Of a stretch of DNA of 64,000 bases, positions 1 through 23,096 are shown one piece after another. The position numbers and the translations under genes were made by a program. Numbering within the stretch: position 1 is the stretch's first letter; every line of letters starts with the position of its first letter. The DNA comes from Macrostomum lignano (taxonomy: Eukaryota): the NCBI GenBank assembly GCA_002269645.1, contig NIVC01001914.1:1-64000 (forward strand), written 5' to 3'. The notes beneath the pieces are model-generated. The model was given only the letters and a program-made list of their open reading frames with translations. It searched no databases and was not told the DNA's origin.

Positions 1-2019
1 TCTGAATTTTAAGAAGACCGGCTGGCTTAGATAAGCAACGGAAGCAGCTTCTGGCTAATTGGACAGCCCTTGCCGACTCAAATTATTCAGGCAGGGGGCC
101 GCGAGCAAGGCAGGGACAGGCAGAGCGGTTCCGTCTTTCCTTTGGCTATCCTTTTCAATCAAAAGTGAGTCCGGATGCGCTGCTAGAAGGCGAATCGTGA
201 GCAGAAGCTTCCCCTATTTCCAAAACCTCGCCAATTAATGCAGAGCGCCGAAAAACACCGCTAATATTGGGCAAAATTTAATTCGAAACAGAAAGAGAAG
301 GAAGAGAGTGCTAATTCCGGGTTAGGGCCTCTCTCAGCGCCTATCTGATGGGACTGCAGATGGAAATCTAGCAGCCGCCTGCATGACAAACAGTGTCGAT
401 CTAGGAGTGGGAGCCAAGATGGAGTGACGTGAATAGGAGATAGATACAGGCAAGAAATTCATCCCTCTCAGTGTTTGTACAGTGTCAGTATCTTTCTCTA
501 TAGCTTTGCTGTGAAACAGTTTCCCAGAATACAGACAGTCCACGGTTGCATCTCAAGCGACGCCTCCGCCGTGTTGGAAGAAGAGAGCGGCTTTTCTTGG
601 TCGCAGCAAAACTCTCAACAGCCAGCATGCATAAATAATGCCCTTCTCCCATTTTCGTGTCCATGCCCATCTTCATATTGCCCCGAGCGGTTCCATATTC
701 TTGTTGCATTTCTGTAAGACACCAAGCCGCCCCCCGCACCATGGCGGGTGACCCGAAAGCATGGCTAAGCACCGTGGGTTGTCAGTCCAGCTGCCATCGC
801 TTGTCCAACCCCGAATTTTTTAGGGCAAATGAACGAACAAAAAATCGACCCAAACCAATTTCTGACCAGAAGAACAGGGCCCATTGACGCGTTATATTAT
901 TAATGAAACATTCTTCGGAGAGTGAGCCACTTGGCCTCGTTGATTTTATTATTCTTTTCTCGCTGAGCTGGGAAACTCTGCAAAGTAAATTTAGAAATTC
1001 AACAAGAGGTTTTAAAAAAGACAATTTTTCTCTCAATAAATTGTGTTTCCTACTGCATCGATTTTATCCCTTACTAAAGATCAATATTCGCAGTCGTGTA
1101 TTCGCAGAAGGGCTGCGGGCACCCTGGCGCAACGCCTTCGATGGCATCGTCTCACAAGCAGCGCTGACGACAATTCTGCTCATTCTGCTGCCTCTGAGTA
1201 CATGCAAGTGCGCCAATACTGTACGAAGACACGCTTACATACTAATCGTCAGGTATGTAGAACACCCTCTGTGCCTTGGGGGCTGGCCCTCGTAGCTGTG
1301 AATGGCACGAGAACCCAATTTTCGAGCACACAATCTGAGTCTACAGTTCATTATTTTGAGCAATTTAAGTACTGGTTAAAATAAGCTTCTGACTATACTT
1401 CAGTTTGCGAATACTATAAGCATTAGTAAAGCAAAAGATATAAAGAAGAGAAACGAAGGAAGGGAGTGAATAATAAGGCCTGTAACATATGGCCTGACAG
1501 ACGGAGTGTCATAAATATTTTTCTATTCCATTGTTGCTGAACCCAGTTGAAACAGAACGCGCCACATTTTTTGCCGGCTTTCGGTTTGGAAGTCTGGCTT
1601 TTTCCTTCTCCAAAATTTGTCTCCATTGTGAGCTCGTTCTCTTTCTCTTTTGTCGGCGGATAGAGATAAAAAGTCAGCCTATAGCAGCCACCCACAGCCT
1701 GTGAAGTCTTTTGCCTGCAGCTGCGGTGCAACTCAGTGGTTTGAATTCACAATGCTACCTACAGTGATAGAAGCTGTGGCTGAAATTTATGAGCACCTGC
1801 GACAGTGGCTCTGCCCTTTGCCTATAGGCCATTTTTCTGTCAGCTTTTAGTTATTTATCTGCCATGGTAGTGCAAACTTGTGCTTGGTCCCAGTTTATGG
1901 CATTATCAGTTTTCGCAAGTCAAGAAACCGCAGATGCGTTGTTGGACAAATATTTACATCCAGCAACATCAAGCTCAAAAATATTATAGAAGCCTCTCAG
2001 AAATAGGTCAAGCTAAATG

Positions 2020-2279
<260 letters not shown>

Positions 2280-2794
2280 GTCGCTAACGACACTCAGATT
2301 AAATCTAGCAAACCACTTAATCTTTCTCAAGTGTCTCAAGCCTTACTGTGAAAAACTGCACCACCTGATTTATAATGCATCGCAGAATTACATTGTAGCA
2401 TTTGCAGAAATATTGCACACAGAAAGTACAAATATGCATTGTGAAATCGTACACTCCATGACTCCAACGCGCCCGGCCAGTTTCACTATTGTCCTGAGGG
2501 CAGAGATGCACCGAGCAGAGATGCATTGCAAGAGTGTGCAACTGCTTATTGGGCCCCACTACGCTTGCAGTGAAGACTTTTGGCAGTTGTTTTGCGTTAA
2601 AGAGTTCGAGAGGGGCTCGACAGCGCAGCGTTTGTGCGCTAAAAGCAAAGTACCGAAGCGCCCGGTGCTGGAACGCTAAAACGCGGAGGCCTGTTTTAAT
2701 TTTTAGGCACTAAAAACTGTGTAAGAGATCTGTTCAAGTATTTATTTTAAATTGCCGCAGTTTTGAAAATTACAAATTTGCCAGAAAATTCATA

Positions 2795-13186
<10,392 letters not shown>

Positions 13187-13362
13187 ACCAGCTAAAGAGT
13201 TATTGCAGAGCTCAGCTATTGCAGTGCCACATGCCACAGTGTATTGTAGTGTCCGTTACAGGTGCATAACACTCTGCAGCGCTATTCTTTCCAAACTATG
13301 AACATCACGTACATTTTCTTTAAAATCACGTTTTTGATTCATTTTCAAAACATGTATCATCA

Positions 13363-13595
13363 GATGGTTGTAGCCTAGTGGTCAGAGCATCGGACTCTGA
13401 TTCTCGACCCACTTCGGAACTATTTGTGTCCTTGAGCAAGACACTTAACTCTGCATTGCTACAGTTCACCCAGCTGTAAAATGGGTGGTAATTGAGGGTG
13501 TGTGTGGCAACCCCCAATCCTTGGACTGAACAGCCGTACGCAGCCTTCAAATGCGCCGCCTACGGCTGAGTTGTCGGTTGCACATAAAACCATTA
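13363..13595 (+). mobile_element. CORE-like tRNA SINE, same family as 3821-4148, downstream of the Mcr stop
   Basis: GGTTGTAGCCTAGTGGTCAGAGC...TGTGTCCTTGAGCAAGACACTTAACTCTGCATTGCTACAGTTCACCCAGCTGTAAAATGGGT...CCTTGGACTGAACAGCCGTACGCAGC. The B-box region is deleted. Confidence 0.8.
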
Positions 13596-14521
13596 GGACA
13601 GATGAAATCAAATTTTATTCCTAATATTATGTATATTTAGACACTATATTTGCAGTAGTTATTCGAATACAAGTAGATTTTACAAAAATTCGATTTAGAT
13701 ACTTTGTTATTGCGAAAATAAGTCGTTGAGTTTCTCAGTAGCAGCCTAAAATGCGTTTTTCTGCTGACTCAGTAAAAACCTTACTAGTATTGCACTCTTT
13801 CACCTGAGCTGGCCAAGTAGCATGGATTTTGTGAGACTTCGTATCCAACTTGCCTATAATGTTGATAATTAGGACGATTTAGTAACTTGAAAATTAGGTT
13901 TAATAAATGCTGTCATCAGCCTGTACAGGCGCGTCTCATAATTTGAGCTTAACAAATAAATAGTTTATTCCTAAATTTTTATTGTCTGTGTTTGGGCCTT
14001 AAAGACATGGAAGCCGCTATTGCGGGGGGCGGCAACTCAAAGCAAGCGGCTTCGTTGAATTTTTGAACACTTGACCTGCCGCTCCGTGAATGAGCCGAGC
14101 CGACCTGCCCCACCTCAAGTCAGACTTTATCTCGTTAATTGCTAAAGTTTAAGTAGTCAAGTTTTTCTTTAAATTTGAATTTTTCTAAAGAAAATATCAG
14201 GCTGTAGGTTTCACTTTGAGGCTACTTTTCTAAGACAACCACCTGTCAAAATTTGCAATCAAATTTGGAATCACCTTGAAGAGCAAATCCGATACCAGAG
14301 CCACACGTCGACATATTTCTGAACATCTGCATGTCAACTGCATGTTTATTAATGCTAAAAAATTTTCAATCACTTATCAGAGGTGAGATGCTCTGCGAAA
14401 CGAGGTTAATCCAATTTAGAGTTAAATTGGTTGCCATTTCACTGCTCATTCTGCTGAGTTATTGTTCACAGTCAATGAGCAGTGCGCAGATTATTATGAA
14501 GCAGCCCCCAGGTAACCAGCA

Positions 14522-17123
14522 GGCCATATCCGGCACCGCGTCTTTCTCGCAGCGGGGAGGCAATGTCACTTTTTGGGGCGGCGAAGAGCGCCCGGAGTCG
14601 GGCACCGTCCCTGATTCAGGTGCGATGTATCTGGCACAACAACAACAACAACAACAACAAAAGCAACAGCAACAACACAGCATGAACTGAACTGAAGGAT
14701 CTGCGCGAGGAGATCACCTGAGAGTGGATCACCTGAGAGCTCCGGTCCGAGGCACACACACACACACACACACACACAGCAACAACAACAACAAAAACAA
14801 CAACAACAACAACAAAAACAACAACAACAACAAAAGCAACAACAACAACAACAACGACGACAGCAACAGCAACAGCAACAGCAACAGTTGCACGTGGGAC
14901 ATGGTGTCCGATTTACGGCGCTCTTCGACTTCCCCCGAAGGAAGAGGGTCCCCTCCGCGACGAAAACGCGGCGCCGAGTAGGAGCTGCGGGATGCTCCAG
15001 CCTTTATCCAGGAAAGGCTGATCCTGGACCGTCTCTTTTACTGGCTGGAGCATCACAATAAAATCCTTCCCTGGCAAGCCGGTTTCCAGCGTGGCCGCAG
15101 CTGCGAGGAGCAAGTGGCCCGGCTGGTCCAGGCCATCCAGGACGGCTGGGAACAGTCTCCGCACCTGAAGACCCTTGCTGTTCTGATCGACTGCTCGCGC
15201 GCTTTTGACCGCGTCTGGAGGACCCTGCTTATCTCCCGTCTTATGGATGAGGGACTGCCGGCTTGTATGGTGAGATGGTTTGCTAGCTTCCTGGAGGGCA
15301 GGCAGATCGCGGTCCGCATTGGCAGCACCATCGGCAAATGGTGCAGACTCAGGGAGGGCGTCCCACAAGGCGCCGTCAGCTCCCCGGTCCTGTTCCTCCT
15401 CTACATCAACGCCTGGGCTGACCACATCGTCCAAGAGGTCGATTACAGTGGATACGCGGACGACCTCGCCATCTGGGCCTCCGGCAGGAATATCACAGAT
15501 GTCCGTGAGCGCATTCAAAGGGCCCTCCACCTCATCGAAAAGTGGGCCAAAAATCATCGCATCGAGCTCAACCCTTCAAAGACTGAATACTGCCTGTTCT
15601 CTCGTAACCGAGCCGATCGAGACAACACCGTTCATCTCTCGTTGCTTGGGCGCCCTATCCCCAGTAAGTCGGCGCTGAAGTTCCTCGGGGTCTGGATTGA
15701 CCTCGGACTTCTTTTCGACAAACATCTGAGCGAAATCAAGGAAAAAATGCTCCGTCGAACTGCCATCATCAAAGCTGTAGCAAACCGGGATTGGGGATGG
15801 GATCGCCTCCTCTTCCTCAAAGTCTACCGTGCTTTGGTCGAGTCGGTCATCTGGCATGCTGCATCGGCCTGGACGCCCTGGTTGTCCAAGACTCGCCTGG
15901 ATGAACTAGACCGCGCCCAAAGGGAGGCGCTGCGCACCATCACCGGCCTGCCACGATCGACCCCCACGGAAGCTATTTACCTGGAGGCTCAGGTCGACCC
16001 TATCAGCGTTGAGGCCCGCAGGCGTGCTCTGCTCACCTACGAGAAAGCCATCCGTCGCCCTCTCAGCGACCCGTTCCGCCAGATCTGTGAATCCGACGTC
16101 CGACTCGCGGCCAACAGAGGCCTGCGCGAACAAGCGAGGCGCATCTGCGATTCCATGATGCCGCTCCCGCGTATGCCCTTCCACCTTAAACGCCGTCCAC
16201 CCTGGGCCTCACTCGTCGACCAGGGCATTAACTGTTTCACCGACCTGCCAGACCTGGGAGCCTCTTCGACTGAACAAACTCTTGCAGCCATTGAGCAACG
16301 CTGCCCAGGATCCTGCACCTACTACACCGATGGCTCGGCCACCGGAGGGGTCGAAAACGGCGGAGCCGCTTGGATCCTCCTCGACCATGATGGCACTAGC
16401 CGTCGCCGCGGGCACGCAGCAGCTGGTCGCTGGTGCAACTCCTACGAAGCCGAATTAATGGCCATCAAGCTCGCCCTGGAAGACATTATCAGCTCCGAAC
16501 CGCGCCATGCCGTCATACTGACCGACAGCCAGAGCGCCATCGCCGCCATCAAAGCTGACCGTCCAACCCTCAACCTGCGGCTTGAGCAAGTTAAAGATCT
16601 CCTCGCTAACGCAGCCATGCACACGAAGATCGCCCTGCAATGGGTTCCGGGACATTCGGGAGTGCCCGGTAACGAACTGGTCGACGCAGAGGCCAAGTTC
16701 GCGGCCACGCTGCCTCAAGACGAGTCCGAAATTTCCCTTGCAGCTGCTAAAGAGCGCATCCGCCATCATCTCAAGTACCGCCCAACCCTTCAGGGGCACT
16801 TAGCCGAGGTCTATGGTAAAAAGATCTCCTTCCATCAGGGACCGCGTCGCCAACAAATCCTCGTGGCGCAGGTCAGAGCAGGCCACTTCCCTGTCTCCAA
16901 CTATTACCGCAACCGCACCGACATCACCGAAGGCGGCCCCTGCCGACTTTGCCTGGATGTTCCGGACCAATTTCACCTCTGGACCTGCCCCAAGCTCGAA
17001 GCTAATCGGCGCAACATCGGCGTCACTAGTCTGAGTGACTTTGCACGTGGTAACTTGGTGGCGCAGCTCCTGGGAGCCGTCGACTGGCGGCCCCTGTGAG
17101 TTGCTCACCGCAGACAACAACAA
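14522..17123 (+). mobile_element. Non-LTR retrotransposon derivative (I-group/Ingi-like: RT + RNase H + C-terminal Cys/His motif), lacking the endonuclease
   Basis: The ORF 15114-17099 has AVLIDCSRAFDRV, GVPQGAVSSP, YADD, RNase H motifs YTDGS / TDSQSAI / WVPGHSGVPGNE, and CRLC..H..C. It ends in a (CAA)n tail and is flanked by a CAGCA duplication (14517-14521 and 17124-17128). Confidence 0.92.
14637..14888 (+). repeat. (CAA)n/(CA)n/(AAC)n low-complexity tracts inside the LINE 5' region
   Basis: Read directly. Confidence 0.9.
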
Positions 17124-19589
17124 CAGCAACAGTTAACTTTTCTACCACAAACGTCCATAGAGTTGTCTTCAACCCCGTAAGTAACGGCATGCAGTCAGTC
17201 AATCCGTACTGTCTAATAACCGATTCAGACACCTTCCGGCCAAATAAACAAAAATTTTACAGAACCTATTTGCTGTTAGCGCCAAAGAAAATTCGTCCAG
17301 AGCAAAAGGTGCGAATCAGCATCACGGTATTCCGTCTCCTGCGCGGCAGCCTCTCATTTAGAGTGTCTCTAAGAGCGAAGCCAGACGCCAAATCTGGCAA
17401 AGCTGATCAACCGGAACGAGAACTGGCCTTCGCTTCGGAGACATTCACTAAACCAGCAACCCGACCGCTTTTCCTAACGGTGAGTAAATTTGAGAGTCGT
17501 TCACTAGTGCGATTCATAGAAAGTTATTCTCTGCACCGCGGCAGATACTGTAATTTAGCGGACAGAACGCAATGCCAAATAGCATATTCCCCTCTAAAAG
17601 CGCTATAACAGAACATGCTGAACGCAATGCCAGGTAGAGAAGGACGAAGAGACCTGCTCAGGCTGAAAGATAAGATTTGAGATTTTTTGTTGCAACACAG
17701 CATGCAGAAAATAGCCACAATCACTATCAAAGCATTCAACTAACGTGCGATGCCAACGATATTGTGATGCCTTAAGCTTGAACTACTCGTATTTGCACTT
17801 CAGGTGCCAGAGAATGCTCCATTGGGGAAGTACAGCATCCTTGTTGAAGGATCCGTCGAGTCGAAGGCTGGTCTGTTGTTTCAAAACAGAACGGAACTGC
17901 TGGTCGAGCCCAAACTATTCTCAACATACATTCAGTTCTCAAAGCCAATTTATGCAATGGGCGATCTAATCAAGTTCCGAGTGATACCGTATGAAGCTGA
18001 TCTGACGGTCAAGAGTCGAGTATTGAACACCATCGAGGTTGTGGACTCAAACGGCATCGCCGTGAGACGATGGCTTTCACCAAGAACCAATGCCCGAGGC
18101 TATATTGAGTTGAGTTTCCAGCTGCCCCCAACCTGCAGTCACGGCGAGTGGAAGATTCGCTGCAGTCGCGAGAACTTCGCTACGGAGAAATCTTTCACAG
18201 TGTTCTACAACACCAACAGTGGCCCGCTGTCCGTCAACGTGAGCCTGCCGCTGAAACTCTCCGAGTTCTCCTTCGGTGTCTATGGCATTTTGGAGGCCAA
18301 TCACACGACCAACGCGCCCACTAATGGAAATGCAACCCTGCGATTGCAGTTTAGAAACAGAGGCGCTGACCGAGACTTCACCATTGGGAACCATGTGGCG
18401 ATTCATACCGTATGTAAGTACTTGTCGCTTATCTAAATGTAGCTATCAAAGTTCTTTAAGACACCACCTACTGTAGCATTGAAATGCCACATCAATTTTA
18501 CACGAATAAACTCGACAGTTCAAAGGACGGGCTTCGTTTCTGTGCACGATTAGCGAGATCAAGAAGGAGCTGAAAATGGCAGCGCTAGTTGATGACATCG
18601 ACGTGACAGTGGACGCCAGCGTACTGGACTGGTACTACCTGTTGAACATCTCGCACGCCGCTCACACGGTGATATTCCGAGAAACGCCGAACATCAAGTT
18701 CCTGGGCGGTCGAGTCAGTTCAAACCCGGATTTCCTTTCATCGCTTTGGTATGGCGTCAGTTTTAACTAGCCACTGTCCAACCAGTGACATTGATTGGTT
18801 TGCTACCGCTGTGCTCGTCCGCTCAAATTTAAGATGCACATTTTTCAACCGGACGGCGGGAAGCCGAATTTGCGCAGGCGGCACGTGAACGTGAATCTCT
18901 ATTGCAACACTGGAAATTTGGTGAATGCGGATCGGGGGATTCCCATTCCTGATGACTCAATAGTTCGCTACACTGTGCCGACCACGAGAGACTGCATCAA
19001 CTACAGGCTGGTGGCGGTGCTCCAGTCTGAAGGCAGTTCGGCCGCAAAGACTGCTGAGCAGTTCATCTTTCGTCACTACTCGGCCACAGGAGCTTATCTC
19101 AGAGTGAGCACTTCGACTGACAGACCGGCCGCAGATCGCTACATGGTGTTCAACATTCGAACTACTCACTTTACGCCCGAGATTCACTACCTCATCGAGG
19201 CTGGAGGGAACATCGCATTCAGCGACACTGTCAGCATGCCAAGCGGTGCTCCAGCCAAGACCTTCTCCATCGCGCTGTCGCGAGAGATGGCGCCAGTGGC
19301 AAGAGTTGTGGCCTACTTCATGAAGCCAGACGGAGAGCTGGTCACCGACGCTCTCAGCTTTTTTGTGAGCCCGCCAACCATGGACTCACTTCGGGTGAGC
19401 CTCACTGAAGGCTCCGACCTGAGCGGTAACAGCCTAACAGGTTGGGTTCGAGGAACTCCTGGTTCATTTATCCTGCTGTCCGCTCTGCCCTACGAGCTGT
19501 ATGCGAGGTTCGGCGGCAGAGTCATATTGGAACCAAATGCTGTGAGTAACTGCTCAAAATATCTTAGGTTTGGTAAGTTTTCCTTTTGA

Positions 19590-20130
19590 CTTACTTGACT
19601 CAGCTGCAGGGGTTCTGGGCATCCCGATACAACGCCGTTTCGCTAACCCCTGGCGAACACAGGCAGCTGGTGCTGCGGTGTCGCGCAGGGAGATACGGTG
19701 GTGCTGGTGTCCGCAGCGCGGTCCCCCTCTGGAAAGTCCAGGAGGTGGATGGTCGCTCGCCCGGTGGACTAGGACAAGCTGGTAGAGATTCTCGAGGCCT
19801 AAAAACGTCAGAGGTCCGGGTTCGGGCCGAGGTAGTTGATCCTGTCCTGAGTAAAGGCGGGGCATTCACAAATGAAGTGCTCCGAGGGGAAGAATTCCTC
19901 GCTACGCATTTTTACCTGTAGGCAACGATGCCTGGCAAAACAGCCCATGTCCCGAGAGGGCCATGGTCACCGCCCTGATGTCCCTGAGGTTGAGTCCAAG
20001 CAGGGCCTTACGGAGGGCGGGGGAAGGACTGGGGACAGCCGCGCGGGATTTCCGGCAGTCGGGGGCGTAAGACCACCCCTCCCTCTGCTTTGAGAAGCCA
20101 CCCACAGGTTGATCCGAGTGGTGAGAGTTT
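19590..20130 (-). mobile_element. Decayed 3' fragment of a non-LTR retrotransposon in intron 5 of Mcr copy 2
   Basis: The minus strand reads [27 protein letters not shown], then after a frameshift ARHRCLQ...SEHFICECPAFTQDR. This is the typical C-terminal 'TGH...EH..C.C' region of I/R1/LOA-type ORF2. Boundaries are approximate. Confidence 0.65.
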
Positions 20131-20722
20131 TCTAGTTTTTTAGTTTGGTAATCTCCGCGACGTGAGAAAAATGATATATGCACGGGCAAGTTGGTCAAAC
20201 TGACAAATAATTTCATATACTGACAAGATAGAACAGTACAGCAATAGCAACCTCGATATAGAAGGTATAAACATCGATAATAGACTATGAAACCTGAAAA
20301 CTTATCCAGACTTATGCCCTGGAGCTTTCGTGTTTTGTGATTGAATCGAGCGCCATCTCGATACGCTTTCGTTGCTACATGCTACATGTACGAAGGGACA
20401 CGAGATGCGGAGTCCACAACTCAGTGCTTTTCAGTAAAAAGTTCACTATTGAGCATAATGAGTTCAGCTCTGTGATCTGATGCATACCGAACTCCAACAG
20501 CTGATAGACGAGCTCCGCTCCTCCGAGGCGCATTCGGAGCAGCCGGTGTCCTATCGTTGGTTCGAGGACGACCGAGCCGACCAGGCCAGTGCTGTGCACT
20601 TCGCCACCGCCACGGCGGGTCCCGACGCGAATAAAACGATGAACTTTTCTGGACTGCTGCTGTTCACGGATGCCAATTATAGGGCTGTCACATTTTGGCG
20701 TGAGTTTCCTGATAGAAAGAAG

Positions 20723-20940
20723 TTTACCTGTTAATTACCTGTTAGTTATGGGAGATTTACCTGTCAATTATTGGAGATTTACCTGTCAATTATTGGAGAT
20801 ATACCTGTTAACTATAGGAGATTTGCCTGTTCGCCATGGGACATTTACCTGTTCGCCATGGTAGAGTTACCTGTTAGTCATGAGACATTCACCTGTTAGT
20901 TCCAGGATATTAACCTGTTAGCTGTGAGAGACTTACCCAC
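20723..20940 (+). repeat. Degenerate ~21-22-bp minisatellite (TTACCTGTTA... core)
   Basis: About 10 diverged units containing ACCTGT(T/C). Confidence 0.8.
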
Positions 20941-21278
20941 ATAACTACGCTCGTATCTTGCGCAGTAGTGGGAAATGCACACAGCATTGCACTAAGATTC
21001 GCACCTGTGTTTGCCCTCCTGCAGACTCGTGCAACGAGACGCTTAATCCCGACAGAGCTTTCCCGTGCTACTCACTCAACTCCAGACAGGTGGTACGACA
21101 TCGGCACCGGTGCGACGGTAACATCGACTGCGAGACCGGGGTGGACGAACTCAACTGCGAGTCAGTTCTGCCCTAGAGGGAAAAGACGATTCCTGGACAA
21201 GTCACTCCGAGAATCGAACCGGTCATGCGACATTGTGTGTTCGACGATAACTGTTCGTCTAGAGTTATCTAGCAGCTG

Positions 21279-22765
21279 GTGTGTGACACTGTCTAACAGG
21301 TGTGTGACACTATCTAACAGGCATGTGACACTATCTAACAGATGTGTGACACTGTCTAGCAGGTGTGTGACACTGTGCTGTCTAACAGGTGTGTGACACT
21401 GTCCTGTCTAACAGGTGTGTGACACTGTGCTGTCTAACAGGTGTGTGAAACTGTGCTGTCTAACAGGGTGTGACACTGTCCTGTCTAACAGGTGTGTGAC
21501 ACTGTCCTGTCTAACAGGTGTGTGACACTGTCCTGTCTAACAGGTGTGTGACACTGTGCTGTCTAACAGGTGTGTGACACTGTCCTGTCTAACAGGTGTG
21601 TGACACTGTGCTGTCTAACAGGTGTGACACTGTCTAACAGGCGTGTGACACTGTCTAACAGGCGTGTGACACTGTCTAACAGGCGTGTGACACTGTCTAA
21701 CAGGCGTGTGACACTGTCTAACAGGCGTGTGACACTGTCTAACAGGCGTGTGACACTGTCTAACAGGCGTGTGACACTGTCTAACAGGCGTGTGACACTG
21801 TCTAACAGATGTGTGACACTATCTAACAGATGTGTGACACTGTCTAACAGATGTGTGACACTGTCTAACAGATGTGTGACACTGTCCTGTCTAACAGGTG
21901 TGTGACACTGTGCTGTCTAACAGGTGTGTGACACTGTGCTGTCTAACAGGGAGTGACACTGTCTAACAGGTGTGTGACACTGTGCTGTCTAACAGGGAGT
22001 GACACTGTCTAACAGGTGTGTGACACTGTCCTGTCTAACAGGTGTGTGACACTATCTAACAGATGTGTGACACTGTCTAACAGATGTGTGACACTGTGCT
22101 GTCTAACAGGTGTGACACTGTCTAACAGATGTGTGACACTGTCTAACAGATGTGTGACACTGTCTAACAGGCATGTGACACTATCTAACAGGCATGTGAC
22201 ACTATCTAACAGGCATGTGACACTGTCTAACAGGCGTGTGACACTGTCTAACAGGCGTGTGACACTGTCTAACAGGCGTGTGACACTGTCTAACAGGCGT
22301 GTGACACTGTCTAACAGGCGTGTGACACTGTCTAACAGATGTGTGACACTATCTAACAGATGTGTGACACTATCTAACAGGCATGTGACACTATCTAACA
22401 GATGTGTGACACTATCTAACAGATGTGTGACACTATCTAACAGATATGTGACACTGTCTAACAGGCATGTGACACTATCTAACAGGCATGTGACACTATC
22501 TAACAGATGTGTGACACTGTCTAACAGATGTGTGACACTGTCTAACAGATGTGTGACACTGTCTAACAGGCATGTGACACTATCTAACAGATGTGTGACA
22601 CTGTCTAACAGGCATGTGACACTATCTAACAGATGTGTGACACTGTCTATCAGATGTGTGACACTGTCTAACAGATGTGTGACACTGTCTAACAGATGTG
22701 TGACACTGTCTAACAGGTGAGTGACACTGTCTAACAGGTGTGTGACACTGTCTAACAGGCGTGTG
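21279..22765 (+). repeat. 21-bp minisatellite (GTGTGACACTGTCTAACAGRT) with 26-bp variants
   Basis: Read directly; it produces the VTLSNR/LLDSVTH artefact ORFs. Confidence 0.97.
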
Positions 22766-23096
22766 GTCTTGATTATTTTTCTTCCACTTCCCCAGCCCAG
22801 ACGGCACAGCGCCAATCAAGCGAGCCGGTATCCCTAAGCAAGAAACCTCCTGGGTTGTCGGGGCGATCCAGATTGATCCAGTCGGTGGGATTCGAGTGCA
22901 GACGTCGCCGATTCGATTCACTCCCAGCCGAAGGTTCTACATGGTGTTGAAGGCACCAAGGCGGCTGGTCAGGGGTGAGTACGCGGGCGTCAGGGTGGCC
23001 CTGTTCAACAGAGGCGACTACTGGGCTGAGGTAGGGACGGCTGGCAGTGTCGCATTGAGATCCCACTGATGTACTCACTTCTATCCCTTTTATTTT

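Noticed and set aside
334-1384. Short overlapping ORFs at the window start
   Set aside because: No recognisable homology or consistent exon chain; exons of a gene extending outside the window cannot be excluded.
14690-14760. Viral 2A-like peptide, known from some Ingi-type LINEs
   Set aside because: No DxExNPGP motif in any frame I read.
14512-17132. Rescue of Mcr copy 2 by splicing out the LINE (donor at 14512, CAG acceptors at 17113, 17126, 17132)
   Set aside because: None restores the native exon 1 frame. Two are in frame only if the next intron is retained, and downstream stops and frameshifts remain anyway.
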